A stretch of DNA of 64,000 nucleotides from Camelus ferus (lineage: Eukaryota). A model generated the notes under the pieces. The model was not told the origin of the DNA. It worked only from the letters and a program-made list of their open reading frames with translations, and did not search any database. This document shows positions 40,401 to 55,100 of the stretch, in pieces. Numbering within the stretch: position 1 is the stretch's first letter; every line of letters begins with the position of its first letter. Made by a program: the position numbers and the translations under genes. The stretch covers positions 58,592,001-58,656,000 of the forward strand of contig NC_045696.1 in NCBI RefSeq assembly GCF_009834535.1, read 5' to 3'.

Positions 40401-42331
40401 AGAAAATTTAGTTAATATTTGCATTTTAAAGAGCTATGTTGCCAATATGAACAAAAGTCCTTATTTCCCATTAAAGGAAGTTTTGGTTTCATAGCTGTGG
40501 AAAGTGATTTGGCACCAGCATGAGTATCTTACTCTGAAATGGTATAACATGGTTTCTAATCTTTGCCTGCTTAAAATTTTGCCATTTCACCCCCCACCCC
40601 AGCCCCAGTGCTGCTTAAACCATTTCAGTTCTGATCACCCTATCCATCAGCTGAATGGCTTCTTTCATCGTTTTGCAATCACAAGTATAATGACTGATTT
40701 AAACAAAAGTTACGAGTTATGCTAAACCTTTATAGAAGGTGGTTGGGGAACAGTACATGCACACAGGCTTCCTGGGGACCATGGGACCAGGAGCCCCACA
40801 GGGGCCACCCAGAGGCCAGGAGAAGAACTGCAGGCTATTTTAAAAACTTCAACCTGGACTGTAGCTCTAACATCTAGTGAATATTTAGTTCACCTCAATG
40901 CACTGGCTTGCTACCAACTGATTTCCCTTGTCACCCTTTCAAAAGACCTGCTCTTGGCTTAAAATCTCAGCAGGAACCAGGGATTGTTGCTTTTTTGAAG
41001 TCTCCACAAGGTTTGACATCCTGCCCTGCTAACGGTTTATAGAGTATCTCATCTTCTGAAATAAAAAGCTCACTTGTACATTGACCCTAAACCCCACCTT
41101 TACTAACCCCAGTGTGGATGATAAAATTCTTCACTTGGAGTAGAATCCCTTCATGAGGTTGCTCTACAGCTGCGAATAGATCGTGGGGAGCATTTTCCCG
41201 GCAGGATAATTGTGTCAGTGCAAACCAATTGCCCAATGCCTGTTCAGCATCAGGGTTCAGAAAAAGAATCAATTTTTTAAAAAGTTCCAACTCAGTACAT
41301 TCCCAGTCTGATTAGTTCAAATCTATTCAACATGAAAAATGGGAGTGGGAATACAATTAATAAACTATGACTGGGGTGAGGGACAATTCTGATCCTGGCC
41401 TCTCTGAAAGTCTCTAGGCAAATCAATGACCTCCTTGGGGCCCTAGTTCCCTGTCTGTGAGGTGGACCAGGGTATTGCAGGAATGGAAGAAGGTGATGAA
41501 ATCTGACAGCAAGAAATTTAAGAAAACAGACTTTTTGACAATAAAAGCAGTGGCTCCTACTTCAGAAAAAAATTTTAAAAGATACGAAAACTTCCGAACA
41601 AGGCAGGCAGGCAGACGCTGCTCAGGGGCCACACTACTGCTATCCTCACCTGGCCTTTCAGGGGGGCAACTTGGCATACTGACATTAGCAGTGACCTGAA
41701 GGGGAGGGATTGTGGTCTCTGGAGTCAAGAACCATCTGAGTTTCGGCCCCAGCCTAAACTTCCCAGCTCCAGGATCTAGGGAAAGTTGTCTAACTGCTCG
41801 GAGCCTCATTTTCCTCATGAATATAATGAAAGCCACCCCAGAGGCTTGGGAAATGCTGCTCAAGGAGGCATGGCTGGGATCTGGACACAAGATGGTCTGA
41901 CTTAAAAGCCAGGAACCTAAGATCTTCCTCCTAAAATGAGGAGTTCTCCACCGCCAAACCAACATGTTCCCCGGCAGCGACACATCCTCTTCTAGTAGAT
42001 AAAGGGTGACCCTGAGCGTCTGGAAAGGTGAGTGTGAGAATTCTGAAGTCCTCACAGGAGGTGAGAGGTGCTGGTGGTGGAGTGAGACCCTATTTTAGAC
42101 AGTGTAGACAGGAGTCAGGGTGGAGGGGCAGGAAGGAGAGCTGGCAAGGTGGGGCTTAGCTACACTCAGGCTTCAGGGAGAGGAGAGGAGGCTTTCTGGT
42201 GACTGCACAGAGCAGACAGGGCCTGGACGAAGCTCCGGTCAGAGTTCCCAGGAGCTCAGGCAGGCAGGTCCAGGGGTTTAGTGGGATGCAAGGCAAGAGG
42301 GAGCCAGCAGCCTGGAAGATGAGGGAGATTT

Positions 42332-42333
<2 letters not shown>

Positions 42334-42386
<53 letters not shown>
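42334..42386. repeat. (AC)~26 microsatellite, intron 12
   Basis: Read directly. Confidence 0.97.
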
Positions 42387-42389
<3 letters not shown>

Positions 42390-44654
42390 ATGTAGCTAGG
42401 TGCTCCTCTGGGCCTATCTATCCAACTTCCAAACTGCAGGAAAGAGTTTGGCCTTCTGAGTGACGACATGCTAAAGAGCCACAGCAGAGAGGGGGCGCAG
42501 ATCCAGTGTGGGACAGAAGGGAGCCACCGTCTCCTGCCCATCGGGGTGGTAGCGGCAAAAGTGCGGGCACTGTCAGGGGTGGGCCTGGGCTGCTTCACAG
42601 GATGATGGGGCAGAGCCACAGCCAGACTGCCGGACAGTCAGAGCCGGCCAAGGAGGGAAGTGGCTGTACTCAGCAGCAGAGGCCGGCCCACCCCTTGCAG
42701 GGTTATCACAAAGGGGTTCCAGCCCCAGGCAGGCACCTGGGCTGCCTCACTGTTTCAGCCCCTTCCAATCTGAGGTCGTCTGAGCCTGTGGACCGCGGGT
42801 GACGGCATGGAGGGATTTAGCATGCTTTCCTCTAACAAAAGTAGCTCTGGAGCCCAGGTCAGCACCAACGCCAAGGGAAGGAAGGAGTGATGTGAACAGA
42901 TGGTCAGACTCACCCTCTACGGCAGCTTCACCAGAAGGACGTGAAGGACGTGCTCAGGGGACGATCCTTAGGACAAGACATCCCAGAGACAGAGGGGCCC
43001 GGGAGGGCAGCTGATGCTCCAAAAAGCAGATCAGGACTTTAGGACAAGATGAAGACCAGGGCACCAAATTAGCCTCACCAAGACATCTAGGTGTGTGTGT
43101 GTGACCTGGACTAAGCCGTGTCAGAAAAAGATCACACAGGCCCAGAATGAAAAAATAATCAGAGTCCTCAGTGAGCAGGATGTTTCAGGAAAACCTTCCA
43201 GCAGAAAGGACCCGGGAATTCCTCCCTGACAGACAGTTAAGACAGCCACACTGACTAATTCAGTCTACACTTTCTTCAAGTTTCTCTCTTCAAAAAGGTT
43301 AAAACATGGATGGTTAAGGAAGGTAAGTCTAAGCTGTTTTGGGGAAATGGAAAAGCAAATGAAACAGAGGAAGAAACTCCGTCTGACAGACCGCCTGGCT
43401 TTGGATCTGCAGAGCCTGCATGGGGCGGGGGGTGGGTAACTGAGGAACTGTGGTGTCTCACTAGAAAGTCACTACCCGTGACTTCTGAGAAACTATGGAA
43501 ATAAGGTAAAAAGTGTCTGAGTTCTGGCAAATCTTCTCAAAGAGAAAAAGAATGGCACTGAAAATTCGAGTCCAGGCCTTCACGGCAATACCTGGGGAGG
43601 TGATACAACCGACTTTCGGTCGGTGCCCTGCCACAGTGTGACAGGAGAAGGGGGGGCTGGCCCACATGCTGCAGAGGCGCCAAAAGTGAGAATTGCCCCC
43701 TGCGCAGCTTAGTGTGCAGTTAAGCCACAGCGTGGAGAGGAAAGAAGAATAATTACCTGGAGGAGGGATTCAGCCTACAAACAATTGCTCAGGTTGGGGT
43801 CTACTTTCCAGAAAGTGGATAAATGCTGAGAAGATGGCTTATCAGAGGCCATGGGAGAAGAATGCAGCAAGGACCCCAAGACGGGTATTAGAGTCTGTTC
43901 GCCTCTTGGCCCAGATCAGCAGGCTCCAAGCTTGATAAGTCACAGAGCACTTTTTCTCTAAACAAATTCTTTACAGAAGCTCTACGTCTGCAAGATGGAA
44001 GCAGCAGGCTCCCTGGCAGAAGGGTTTGGGGTTGGGGTCGGGTGGGGTGTCGGGGTTGGGGAGGTGGGCGTTCCATCCACCTGCCTCCCACTGAGGGAAC
44101 TGAGGCCTCCTCAGAGCAGTCAGAAAAATCACTAGGTTGGATGAAGGAATTGAGAACAAGCTTATTGAATGTGACATTGATTACAAAATAGGTAGATTCA
44201 ATCACACACAAGGAGGCAGGAATGACTTTTATAAATAATCTCTAGCACTGGCAAAAAGAATTCACCAGACCAAAGAACTAACTCAAAATGGTCAGTGCAG
44301 GTGGGGAAAGGGGTCCATCCCCCTCCCTCGCCTCCCCTTTCCCCCTCCCTCCTCCTCCTCCCCCACCATCAGATACACACACAAATCAGGGAACACTAAC
44401 CAAAGGAAATCAGTATAGCTCAGGTTTACCAAAGCACCTAACAGAAAAGAGGGAAATCTAGGTTCCAGTTAAAAAATTGTAAATAACATGTAGCTTTGAT
44501 TCTGACTTGAACAGGCTAATTAAGTGCCTCAAATGAACAAAAAAAAAATGACTTTGCCTCAGTTTATCACTTAAAAAAAGAAAAGGTTCTTTTTTGGGAT
44601 TCAGCAAAAGAACATTTAAGAGGCCCTTTTAATTCTGGTATGCTTTTTTAGGTC

Positions 44655-45120
44655 ATTTTGTTGTAGTAAAATATATATAACATAAAATTTGCCAGTTTAA
44701 CCATTTTTAAGTGTACAATTAAGTGGCATGAATTACATGCATAATGTTGTGAAACCATCATTACTATCTATTTCCAAAACCCTTTAATCACTCCAAATAG
44801 AAACTCTGTGCCCAATAAACCATAACCCTGCACTCCCCCTCCCCAGCCTCAGTACCCTCTAGTCACTTTCTGCCTCTATGAACCTGCCTGTTCTAGACAT
44901 TTCATACAAGTGGAATCATACAATATATGTCCTTTTGTGTCTAGCTTCTTTCACTTAGTATAATGTCTTCAAGATTCATCCATGTTTTAGCATGTGTCAG
45001 AACCTTAGTCCTTTTTATGGGAGAATAATATTCCATTGTATGGATGTACCACATTTGTTTATTCTTTTATCTGTTAATGGACACTTGGGTTGTTTCCACC
45101 TTTTGGCTACTGTGAATATA
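44655..45120 (-). mobile_element. L1M(B) 3'UTR fragment
   Basis: Reverse complement resembles 38460-38910. Confidence 0.8.
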
Positions 45121-46408
45121 TGATGTGCTTTCATGGCCATGAGATGAGGGAAGTGGGACTGTCCACTGGGGGAAAAGCAGCCTGGGGGGCTTGACAGTGG
45201 CAAGACCATAAGGCAAGAGGGACTGAACACAGGGCAGGAAGGAAGTCGTGGCCTTGAGGAAGGAGCAGGTGGAGACGCGGGGAGCCAGGATGAGCCTCTC
45301 CAATGCAGCGAAGCAACTGGCTGAGTTTGCTAAGTGACCCCGGCTGGCCCTGCCCTTCTCTCAGCATCCACTTCTGCACCTGCTCAGGGGCAGGGCTGCA
45401 GAACAGCACATGGTTCCTAAGGCCTTTCTAGTTTTGACAGTTGGTCCACCGAGACCTTGACCAACAGGTAACTAAACAGTTAACAGCTTAATGAAGGACC
45501 CTGTTTGGAGGGCGGAGTGAGAAAGGGGACTTTGGAGGTGACAAAGGTCCAACCCTCCAGGAGGAGAGCATGGTGCCCACTGCAGAGTGTGTAGGGAGTG
45601 GTGGCAGGACCTGGGCCCCACAAAAGGCTTGGCTCCAAGTGAGTGTCAGGGAGGGGCAGAGGAATGGTTGCAGCAGAAGCTGGAGAGGGCTGTACCTGCC
45701 GGGACAGAGGGCTTTCTGGAACCAGGCTGGCCAGAACCTGGGAATTCTTCAACCAGTGGGGAAGGAACTGAGGAAAAAGCTTGGTAGCCAAGGCAAATGG
45801 GAACCTGAGTGATTTCTACAATGGATCAGAATGCCCTGTGGTTGAAGGACACAGCCTGGACAGGGGACACAGCACACCTAAGAGAGGGTGTGGGAGAAAA
45901 ACAGAGAACAGGGTCTCATGTCCACATTACTAGCAGTGTGGCCCTGTCTGAAACAATGAACCTCACCTACATGATGGGCAGCTCAAAGCCATCAGCTCTG
46001 CGGTCCTTTCTAGGGCACATGGGAACATGGAAGGGGTGGCGAGAGAGATCTTTTTCACACTCATTCCTTCAGCAAATGTTTCCTGACCACTGCTCCGTGC
46101 CAGGCATGGTGCTAGGTGCCCTTTCTTTGTCCACCTGATAATGAGGGGATGGATGGAAGATGCAGCAACAGTATCTTCTTGTTGCAGAGCTTTGCAAAGG
46201 CTAAGTGAGACAGCCATACAAATAGGGCTCCCTTGCAAACCGCCCCTTCCCCCAGTCTGGCTTGCTTCCAACGCCAACCAAGAGTTGTAACCCAGCCTCA
46301 GGCACCCCTGATCCCAGGTGGGACTCTGGGCTCCTGCAAGGAGCCCTATCAAGGGGCTGAGAAGGGAGGGAGGAGGGATACCGGGGCTGAAGGGTAAGCT
46401 GGACTCAC

Positions 46409-46496
46409 CTTCACGCAGGAGTAGATCACAGACACAAACACCACCAAGGTCAGCAGCAGGAAACAGGTCAGATAGAAACTCAGCATGAACACAGAG
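46409..46496 (-). CDS. ADCY5: ADCY5 exon 12 (88 nt): [29 protein letters not shown]
   Basis: TAG acceptor, GTGAGT donor; TM helix. Confidence 0.95.
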
Positions 46497-47864
46497 CTAG
46501 AAGAAGAGAGGAGGTAGGGAATTCTGGGGCTCGGAGAGGCCCTGCACAGGGTGCAGAAGGCACCTCCTTTCCCCTGCACCCACTGCCCAGTCTCACTGAG
46601 AAGGGATCACACAGCCTTGTGAATCAATTCAGACCCCTCCTCCATGATGGTCTGGGTCCTGCCCAGCCCACAAGGAAGCCGAATGGAGAACCAAAGACAC
46701 CTGTTCAATATTTTGCCTAATTCTTAGCTATCCATAGACTCACTTCTTCTAGCTTGGAGGGACCCGTTTTCAGAACCACCTGGTTATTCCCTCCAGATTG
46801 TCACTCTGAAGGCTGAAAACTGGTTCGAGAAATGGCCATCATTTATAGAAATGCCTTTGTCATCAGCCCCACCAGTCACCCTGAGAAACAGCAGTTACAT
46901 GTTCCTTTGGAAGGCAGAGTCCCTAAACCTTGTCCCCTCCCCACCACCAGGCCCCACAACAAGTTCTGCTCAGCTTCTGTTTCCCTGTTCCCGGCCAGTT
47001 CAAAAACAACCATCAAAAAATGCAAGGATCTCCCACTGCCCCTCCTTTCAGAGGCAGGTCTCAGGTGGGTGTAACGTTCAGCATGGGCCAGAAGTCCTCA
47101 GGCAAAAGAACTGCAAGGGACTTTCCATCCGGAGCCGGAGCCCGGAGCCTGCCGCTGGCCCTCCTGGGGCAGGGCTGGCCGAGGCACTGCACTCCCCGCG
47201 GTATCACAGGAGGCCCTGAAACTCCTGCTCCCTTTCAGGGAGTGAGATGGCCTGAGATGCCAGGCATTTGTTAGCACGTTAAAGGCAAGTGGAGGACCTG
47301 AGGAGGCAGGTGAACACCTCTAGGGAGGCACTCAAAAGGCGTCTTTGTTCCAGGCTCCCCCAGAAGCCAGCACTTAGCTGCCTTAACCGAATAGAACAAG
47401 GGGAGTGAATGCTCTTCAGAGGAAAAGAAAGACCTTTAAAGTAGCTTCTAAGGCTCCCCTAGAGAGGATGGCCAGAGGAGGGGCTGAGGCCACTGCAGGC
47501 AGAGCGGGGAACTGAAAGAACACAGCCCCAAGCCACACTGCCGACAAAGGGAAGCAGCCAAGAGGCAGGATCATGCATCCGAGCGAAGGGGACTCTCAGC
47601 TGCAATGGCACAGAAAGTCTAGGTTGCTTATTATGCTCCAGCTCCATTTCAATTCAGAAAATGGGTCCTGTGCCAATAAGGATGTACAATCCCAACAACT
47701 CCACACGGCCTCAGTGCAGGGGCAGCGGGCACTAGCTGTATGACCAGTGTGCGGCTGGCTGCCGGCGTCTGGTTCTCACCGGTGGTATCCTGACAGGGTC
47801 ACAGCAGACACAAAGGTAAGGGCCATCTCTTCAACAGCAAGTGCCATTAGAAATAAAAGGTATG

Positions 47865-48004
47865 GGGGAGGATATAGCTCAGTGGGAGAGCACGTTCTTA
47901 GCATGCACGAGGTCATGGGTTCAATCCTCGGTACCTCCATTAAAAATAAATAAATAAATAAACCTAATTACCATCCCCAAACTAAATAAAAATTTGTTTA
48001 AAAA
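47865..48004 (+). mobile_element. Vic-1-like SINE
   Basis: TSD agaaataaaaggtatg at 47849-47864 and 48005-48020. Confidence 0.92.
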
Positions 48005-48020
48005 AGAAATAAAAGGTATG

Positions 48021-49090
48021 TTGACATCGTGTACCTCCTGATACAATGCACTGAGATGGACCCAGCTTCTGTGGGATTATTGCCAAAATTGCATAACCTC
48101 AATCCAATCACGAGAAAACATCGGACAAACCCAAATTGAGACATTCTACAAATGAATCAACAGCATTCATCCCCGGTGCCAAGACCATGAAAGGTAAGTA
48201 AGGGCTGAGGAAGTGCCACAGATTGGAGGCGACTAAGAGGGTAGAGCAGCTAAATCCAACGTGGGATCCTGGACCAGTGCTCGGAACACAGAAAGGCCGT
48301 CTGGGGGAATGTTGACGAAATCAGAATACAGTCCGTGGACTGGTTCATAGCACCATTCCGGTGTTGAGTTCTTGCTTTTGACTACTGTGCTGCAGTTATG
48401 TAAGTTGTCATCAGCAGGGAAAACTGAATGAAGGATGTCCAGAGACTCTCCATAGTACTTCTGTAACTTTTCTCTAAATTTACCATCATTTCAAAATGAA
48501 AAACAGAAGCTGTTGGGGTGAGGAGACTCTTTCAGATTAAGTTAGATTTATGAGACATAACCAAATGCAATCAGTGGGTACGGCACAGGGAACTATATTC
48601 AGTATCTTGTAATAGCCTTTAATGAAAAAGAACATGAAAATGAATATATGTATATATATGTATGACTGGGACATTTTTCTGTGCACCAGAAATTGACACA
48701 TTGTACCTGATTATACTTCAATTAATAAACAAACAAATGCAATCAGTGGATATTGAGTAGATCCTGGCTGTGAATAAACTAAGAGTGGAAGACATTTGGG
48801 GGACAATTTGGGAGATCTGAACATGGACTTGGTTTGAGATGATTGTAGAGAACTGGTTTAGTTTTGCTTGGTTTATAAGGCATTGTGGTTAAGAAGGAAA
48901 ATGCCCCTAAAGTAGGTGTATATTGAGGTGTTTAGGGGCAAAATGTTTTTGTATCTAAAATTTACCTTAAAAAATCAGAAAAAAAGATGAAACAAAATTG
49001 CAAAATATTAACAATTGTTCTATCTAGGGGATGAGTGTTGATTATAGTAATTACTTTACTCTTCTGTATGTTGAAATAATAAAAAGTTAA
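48021..49090 (+). mobile_element. Ancient L1MC/ME 3' fragments containing a younger L1 3' end (48578-48733)
   Basis: aacctcaatccaatcacgagaaaacatcggacaaacccaaattgag motif; inner insert TSD caaatgcaatcagtgg at 48562-48577 and 48734-48749. Confidence 0.7.
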
Positions 49091-49199
49091 AAATACGTAT
49101 ATATGTGTGCATATATACATACATATACACACACGTTCATATGGTTATCTTTCTCACTTAGGCAGGACCCTACTGTGAATGACTATCTAATAAACATGC

Positions 49200-49450
49200 A
49201 CTTCCAAAAGCCCATTGCCCACTTCAGAGTGGTCCCCTTGGAAGCCACAGGCCTCTCTCAGCGACACAGCCAGCCAGTCCTCAGAAGAGTTCAGGAACAT
49301 CTCCTTCAGAACCTGAGAAGCCTTCAGAACCTGAAATCCATTCTTTGAAATATCCAGAGTAGCAGAAAACCCTTATCTTTTGAAGATGTATTGATTTTTT
49401 GCAAGAACCAAAGGTCACCCCGAAATAAGCCTAGTGAATATTTTGGGTGT
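49200..49450. mobile_element. Mariner relic (MARNA-like)
   Basis: gccttcagaacc...ttctttgaaatatcc...ttgattttttgcaagaaccaaaggtca resembles the recalled MARNA consensus. Confidence 0.55.
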
Positions 49451-49742
49451 TTCAATGGGCAACAGTGGCCTCTGTTAAAATGGGATGAGATGATAAAGTG
49501 GAGGGAAGGGGTCTCCCATGCACAGACAGATGTTTTCCACCTGCAGTGAGCACATCGCCTCGCCATCATGGAGGAGATGGACTCCTGGCTTCATGGCCCC
49601 ACTGAGGACACATCTGGAAACTTCTCTCTTTGCTGGAGCAAGTTCAGTCCAGACCCCCACCCCTGCTTTCCTATATGACCTCCCCCCCTACCCCTGGAGC
49701 CCCTGCAACCAGAGGAAGGAGTCTGGGAGGAAGGGATACTTA

Positions 49743-50015
<273 letters not shown>

Positions 50016-50749
50016 CTATGGGGAGGGCGGCTGAATTGTATCAAACCAGAAACTCTGCAGGCTGGGTCACCGTGAGAGTAAATCATAATGATCAAGGCTC
50101 ACATTCCTGAGCACCATCTGCATACTAGGACTCACACCAGGGCCTACAAGCATCACCGTACATCCTCATAAGAGCCCCAGGAAATAGGCACGGGACTGCT
50201 GCTGCTTCTACTTCAGAGATGAGCGAGCTGGGGCTCAGAGCGGTCCAAAGTCACAGATCTCATCATCTCCGGGGTCTTGACTCCCAGCCCTGCCCTCTCA
50301 TGACACCAACCAGCTGCACGAATGGCTGTGCAGGCACAGAGTCACCCAGAGAGGGTAATCCACAAGTCAGTTCCATTTATGCTGGTAAACAGACTAAGTT
50401 CCGGTTCCATAATTTTACCCTCCTAATTGCCTCACTTGACCATGAGCTCCCATGGGCACATTTTGACCGAACACCAGGGAGACCCTGTGACGTGGAGCAA
50501 AGACCCTGAACCAGAGTCTGGTGCTGGCTGTGTCACTGCTTCACTGGGTGGCCTAGAGCAAGTCGCCCAAGTACCCTGAGCTTTACTTTCTCAAGCTTTA
50601 CAGTCACGATTTAAGGAGGTGGGACAAAGAGCTCTTGATCGCCCCTTCCCACTCTAATGCTTTGAGGTTCCAGTCGGCCAAAGGCAGCTAGATGGTCCAC
50701 TGATAGTGATGATAATGATAATAATAAATAACAATAAAATAAAACAAAT

Positions 50750-50910
50750 AGCAATTCACGTTTATTGAACAACTACTATTTGTTTGCAGATACTGTTTTA
50801 TGTGCTTTACATATAAGGACTTGTTTAATCCTCACTATGGACACTGTGAGGTACATATGTTAAGTATCCCCATTTTCCAGATAAGGAAACTGAGGCACAA
50901 AGAAGTTAAG
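50750..50910 (-). mobile_element. MIR fragment
   Basis: cccattttccagataaggaaactgaggcacaaagaagttaag. Confidence 0.75.
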
Positions 50911-51076
50911 ATTTATCCCTTCCAACCAAGGAAGTCTCCCTAAAATCCCCATTTCCTGAGTAGGGCAGCATCAGAGCTGGGGAGATGGAGGTGACAAGGA
51001 GGAGCTCTTTCCACGGTGTTGGAGACGGGGAGGGAGCCACCCTGGTTCTGTGGGGTGGGGGGAACCCAGGGAGCTA

Positions 51077-51346
<270 letters not shown>

Positions 51347-52143
51347 TCAGCGATCAGCCATGAGGGGTGAGGAAACCGGGATGCACACCAGGACAGCCAG
51401 GAGCCCAAGTGCCTGCTCTTAACAACTGCATACATGCGCAGAAAACTGCCCAAGTCTCAGACCCACTGGCCCGGGGGCCTCACTGGCAATGAGGCTTTTC
51501 TGGCCCTACTGATATATTACTATACGATGATGATAATAATAATACTGCATTTTTAATCGAAGGCTTGTTTTCCCCCTACAGGTAACAGTCTCTGGTCTTC
51601 ACTCTCCAGCTGTACCATTATCCTGAGTCGAAGGCTGAGATCAGGACGCAAGACTGGGAGCCACCTGGTTGTGCTCACCTGGCTCAGGCACTCTCTGGTA
51701 AGTAGGTTTCATGATTTTTGGGTGCTGAACTAAACTAAACATCCTACTTCTCAGAGTGAAGCCCAGTCCTTAAGTGGGACTTCTGACAGCCCCTGAGACT
51801 GGGAAGTGGAGAGACAGGAAGACAGTCCCTCAGGGTGCCGGGATGAGGCCAGGCGCTGGTGAACAACATGCAAGGCGTGCATTTCCTGGGAGCTGCATGT
51901 GCGTGCGTGTGCACGTGTGTGCGTGGAGTGGAGATTGTACAGGGGCAGTACTGGGGCCCAGCCTCTCTGCCGGGGGCCTGGGCTCCGGGGCTGCTTGTCT
52001 CTCAGGTGCAGTGGGCTCTGTCCACTCAGCCAAGACTGCACGTCCTGGGCTCATTTTCCATGGAGCCGGAAACCGAGCTCCAGGCAGGTATGGAGATATC
52101 CCCCAGCCCGAGGGAGCAGGAGTGAAGAGGGCATATGACTCAC

Positions 52144-52166
52144 TTGTCCTTGGGGTCTTCAAAACC
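52144..52166 (-). CDS. ADCY5: ADCY5 exon 9, 23-nt microexon: GFEDPKD(K)
   Basis: Long pyrimidine tract plus TAG acceptor, GTGAGT donor; needed to keep frame between exons 8 and 10. Confidence 0.93.
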
Positions 52167-55100
52167 CTAAAAGAGAGGGACAGAGAGAAAAGGAGGGGAG
52201 TATGAGAACAGAGGGGACTGAAAACGGAGGCTCCCGGAGAGGGCGCTGTGGGTGGCTGCAGCTAATCCTCGCTTCACAGTTCACCAGGGGCTTGGACACG
52301 GGGAGCTCTGTCACTCAGTCATCCCCACTTTCCTCTATTTGGAGAACACAGCTGGGTTTGGGACAGGCTCTGTGCTGGATGCTGGGGGCACACTGGGATC
52401 TCACTTTATCCACTGGCAAAATCCATGGGTCTAAGCTCTTCCTGTCCCCACGCCCAATCCCTTGTCATTCCCCAAACCTCCCCTCCCCCTCCTCCCGGGC
52501 CCTGGGTTTGGCGGGCCCCCTCCCAACTCTGCCACTTACTCAGATGGAAATAAGACAAACTGCTAAGCAGATCAACCCCACATGCGAGTGCACACCCAAG
52601 CACACACAAGCTCACGTATACTCACCCCCGACCCTCGCTGAGCACACATAAAATCTCCTGAGAGTTCACAAGTTTAAGAAAATTAAACTCTGGTTGTTTG
52701 CAACAGCTTTTCTAGTATCTGAGAACTGATGTGTGCTTATAAGGCTCGAGTTGGCTGGGGACCCAGGAGGTGAGGAACCTGCCTGCCCCGGTTTGACTGC
52801 TGTTCTGATGTTCATATATCCAGGGCAGGGGTGAGGGTGGGAAGGGCCCTTACTGGCTGCCAAACTCAAAGCCCTATCTAGAATTTAGCTACAAAGTCCA
52901 CAAAGGATAGAAATGTGTCAGTGTTTGACCAGTTGTGGCAGAATGGAGGGAGGGGTCCCTAAAATGGGAAGGGGTGGGATCTGGGAGGCAGCGGGGGAAG
53001 AAAAGGCACCCCAGGACAGGCAGTTTCAGGTTGCCAGGACAAGGAGAGAGGGTGACCTCTGGTCCCTGCGGCTCAGCGTGGAGCACACTGCTGGGCAGAC
53101 AGGGGGGTTGGCAAATGCTGGGGAAACCCAACCCCCAGATGAACACAAGCCTCTTCACTCCCCCTGGGGAGTGGGATTTATGTTGGTCTCCACGAGACGG
53201 AGCTGTGCGGCTCTGAAACAGATGTGGGGCCCATGCGTACTGAGGTGCTGTCTGTTCTCCCGCAGCTGCGGGCTCCCTGGTGCCTCTGCAGCCCCTAATG
53301 TCACATCCGAGCGCCCAGCCGTGGGCTCTGAAATCCTCCCGGCTGCCTGGTGGTGGTCTTCCCTGGAAAAGCCAGACCCTTCTCCTTGTCCTCTGGGAAT
53401 TGCCAAGCCCTCCATCCAGGTTGCAGGACCCACCCACCTCACAGTCCCGAGGAGCTGGGGTCACTCACATGAGTGCTCTGTCTGGGGGCAAGCGGGACCC
53501 CTTAGGGCACTGGTGCCTAAACATAAACCAGCCCAGCTCCTCACTACATTTTAAAAGCTGAATAAAAGATGGAACAAGATTTAAAGACATAAATGACAGG
53601 TTAGTGCCTCTCTAACTGCTCTCAATCGCTGCTTCATCTAATTCCCAGCCCTCCACCCCATCCTCAGTGGAAGTCAGGGTTGAAGCTCTCTTCCTGTGTA
53701 TGTTATTCAAAGATTTCTGGGCAAGTTTAACACCAAAAGCCAGTGGATCCTGGCCCATCCCTGGCCTCTCAGGTGACTCTGCCCAGCCAGGAGGGGGTGG
53801 GGAGCCTCTTCTCTCCCTCTACAGAGGTGTCCCCAGCCCTTTTCTTCTGCTCACTTGCCCTTCCCTTCCCTGCTGGGTGAAGCAATTAACACCATGGAGA
53901 AGCCTTTCCTGCCGCCAGTCTCCCCCGAGACTGTTTCCCCAATTATGGCCCTTCTGCTAATTCTTCCAAGGCTCCTTGTCCTAACAATGATTAATATGTC
54001 TGCCAAACCAGTGCTTATAGTCCAAACTGCCTCCTTTGAGACTCTGAGATAACTAGAATCCACTTATACCAAATATCACTAAAGAAAAACAACTTGCCGA
54101 AGATTTTAAGTCGAGAACATACCACGAGGTACCTGTCCTGCCTGCTCCATCTTCCTCTCCACCTCTGTCCTGCCCCATCGTTTTCTTTCCCACTCTTCAC
54201 CATCTCCCACTCCCCTGTCCCTCTCTTTCCTCCCACCTGGATGAGAGCCTCCCTCTTTGCATTCTGTTCTCAGTCACCTTTCCTCTTACCCCCTCTCTCA
54301 CCTCTTGACCATCCGGCTCACGTGGGTACAGAGACCCCAGGAGATAATTAAAAAACTGAGGTGAGAACAGGGAGGGTCCAGCAACTGCTCTTTGCTTTGA
54401 GGAGGGGCCTGAAGGGAGGGGGAGTGGTGCCTAGAGCCCTGGGTGGCACAAATCAGGTCTGTGGACATCCAAGTTCAAAACCCTGGGGGAAGGCTGGCCT
54501 CTCCCACTCTGTCCCTTATAACTTTGGTGTCCAGTCCTTCCAGTTGCTTCTTTACCATCTGAAGTTAAAATGTTGGTCTTGACTCAATTCACTTTATTTT
54601 CCTGTGCATCTTCTTTAAACCTTTGTCATCTGCTACTTGCTGGCTGGCAAGAAACAGAATGACTGGTGTCCAGCCTATCCACTCCCACAGACCCCTGGCT
54701 CTGTTTGCTGACTCAGCTGGATTCCCATGGAGTGTGTCTCTAATTTCTGCAGCTGCAACTTATACCTAGTGTGACCCACAGACCAATGGGGGGATCCTAG
54801 TGCCGACCTGGCCCCCATTCCTCTACCTGGCTCTGTGGGAACTAAGTGGGCACACACACACACATACCTTCCTGGACCCTCACCCATCCCTCCCTCACAG
54901 AGGCAACTCCACTTGAGAACCAAGCTGCCCTTGAGCTGAGGGGTGTGCTTGGATGTAGAAGCCAAGCTCTCAGATAAAAAGAAAGAAAATGCTGCTGCTG
55001 CAACCTGACTTTTTGTCATCCCTCTGTCTCTTCTCTACACCCTCTGAAGTCTTTCTACTATCACTGATAGAACCCAGGCAGCATATCCTGAATTAGTCTG

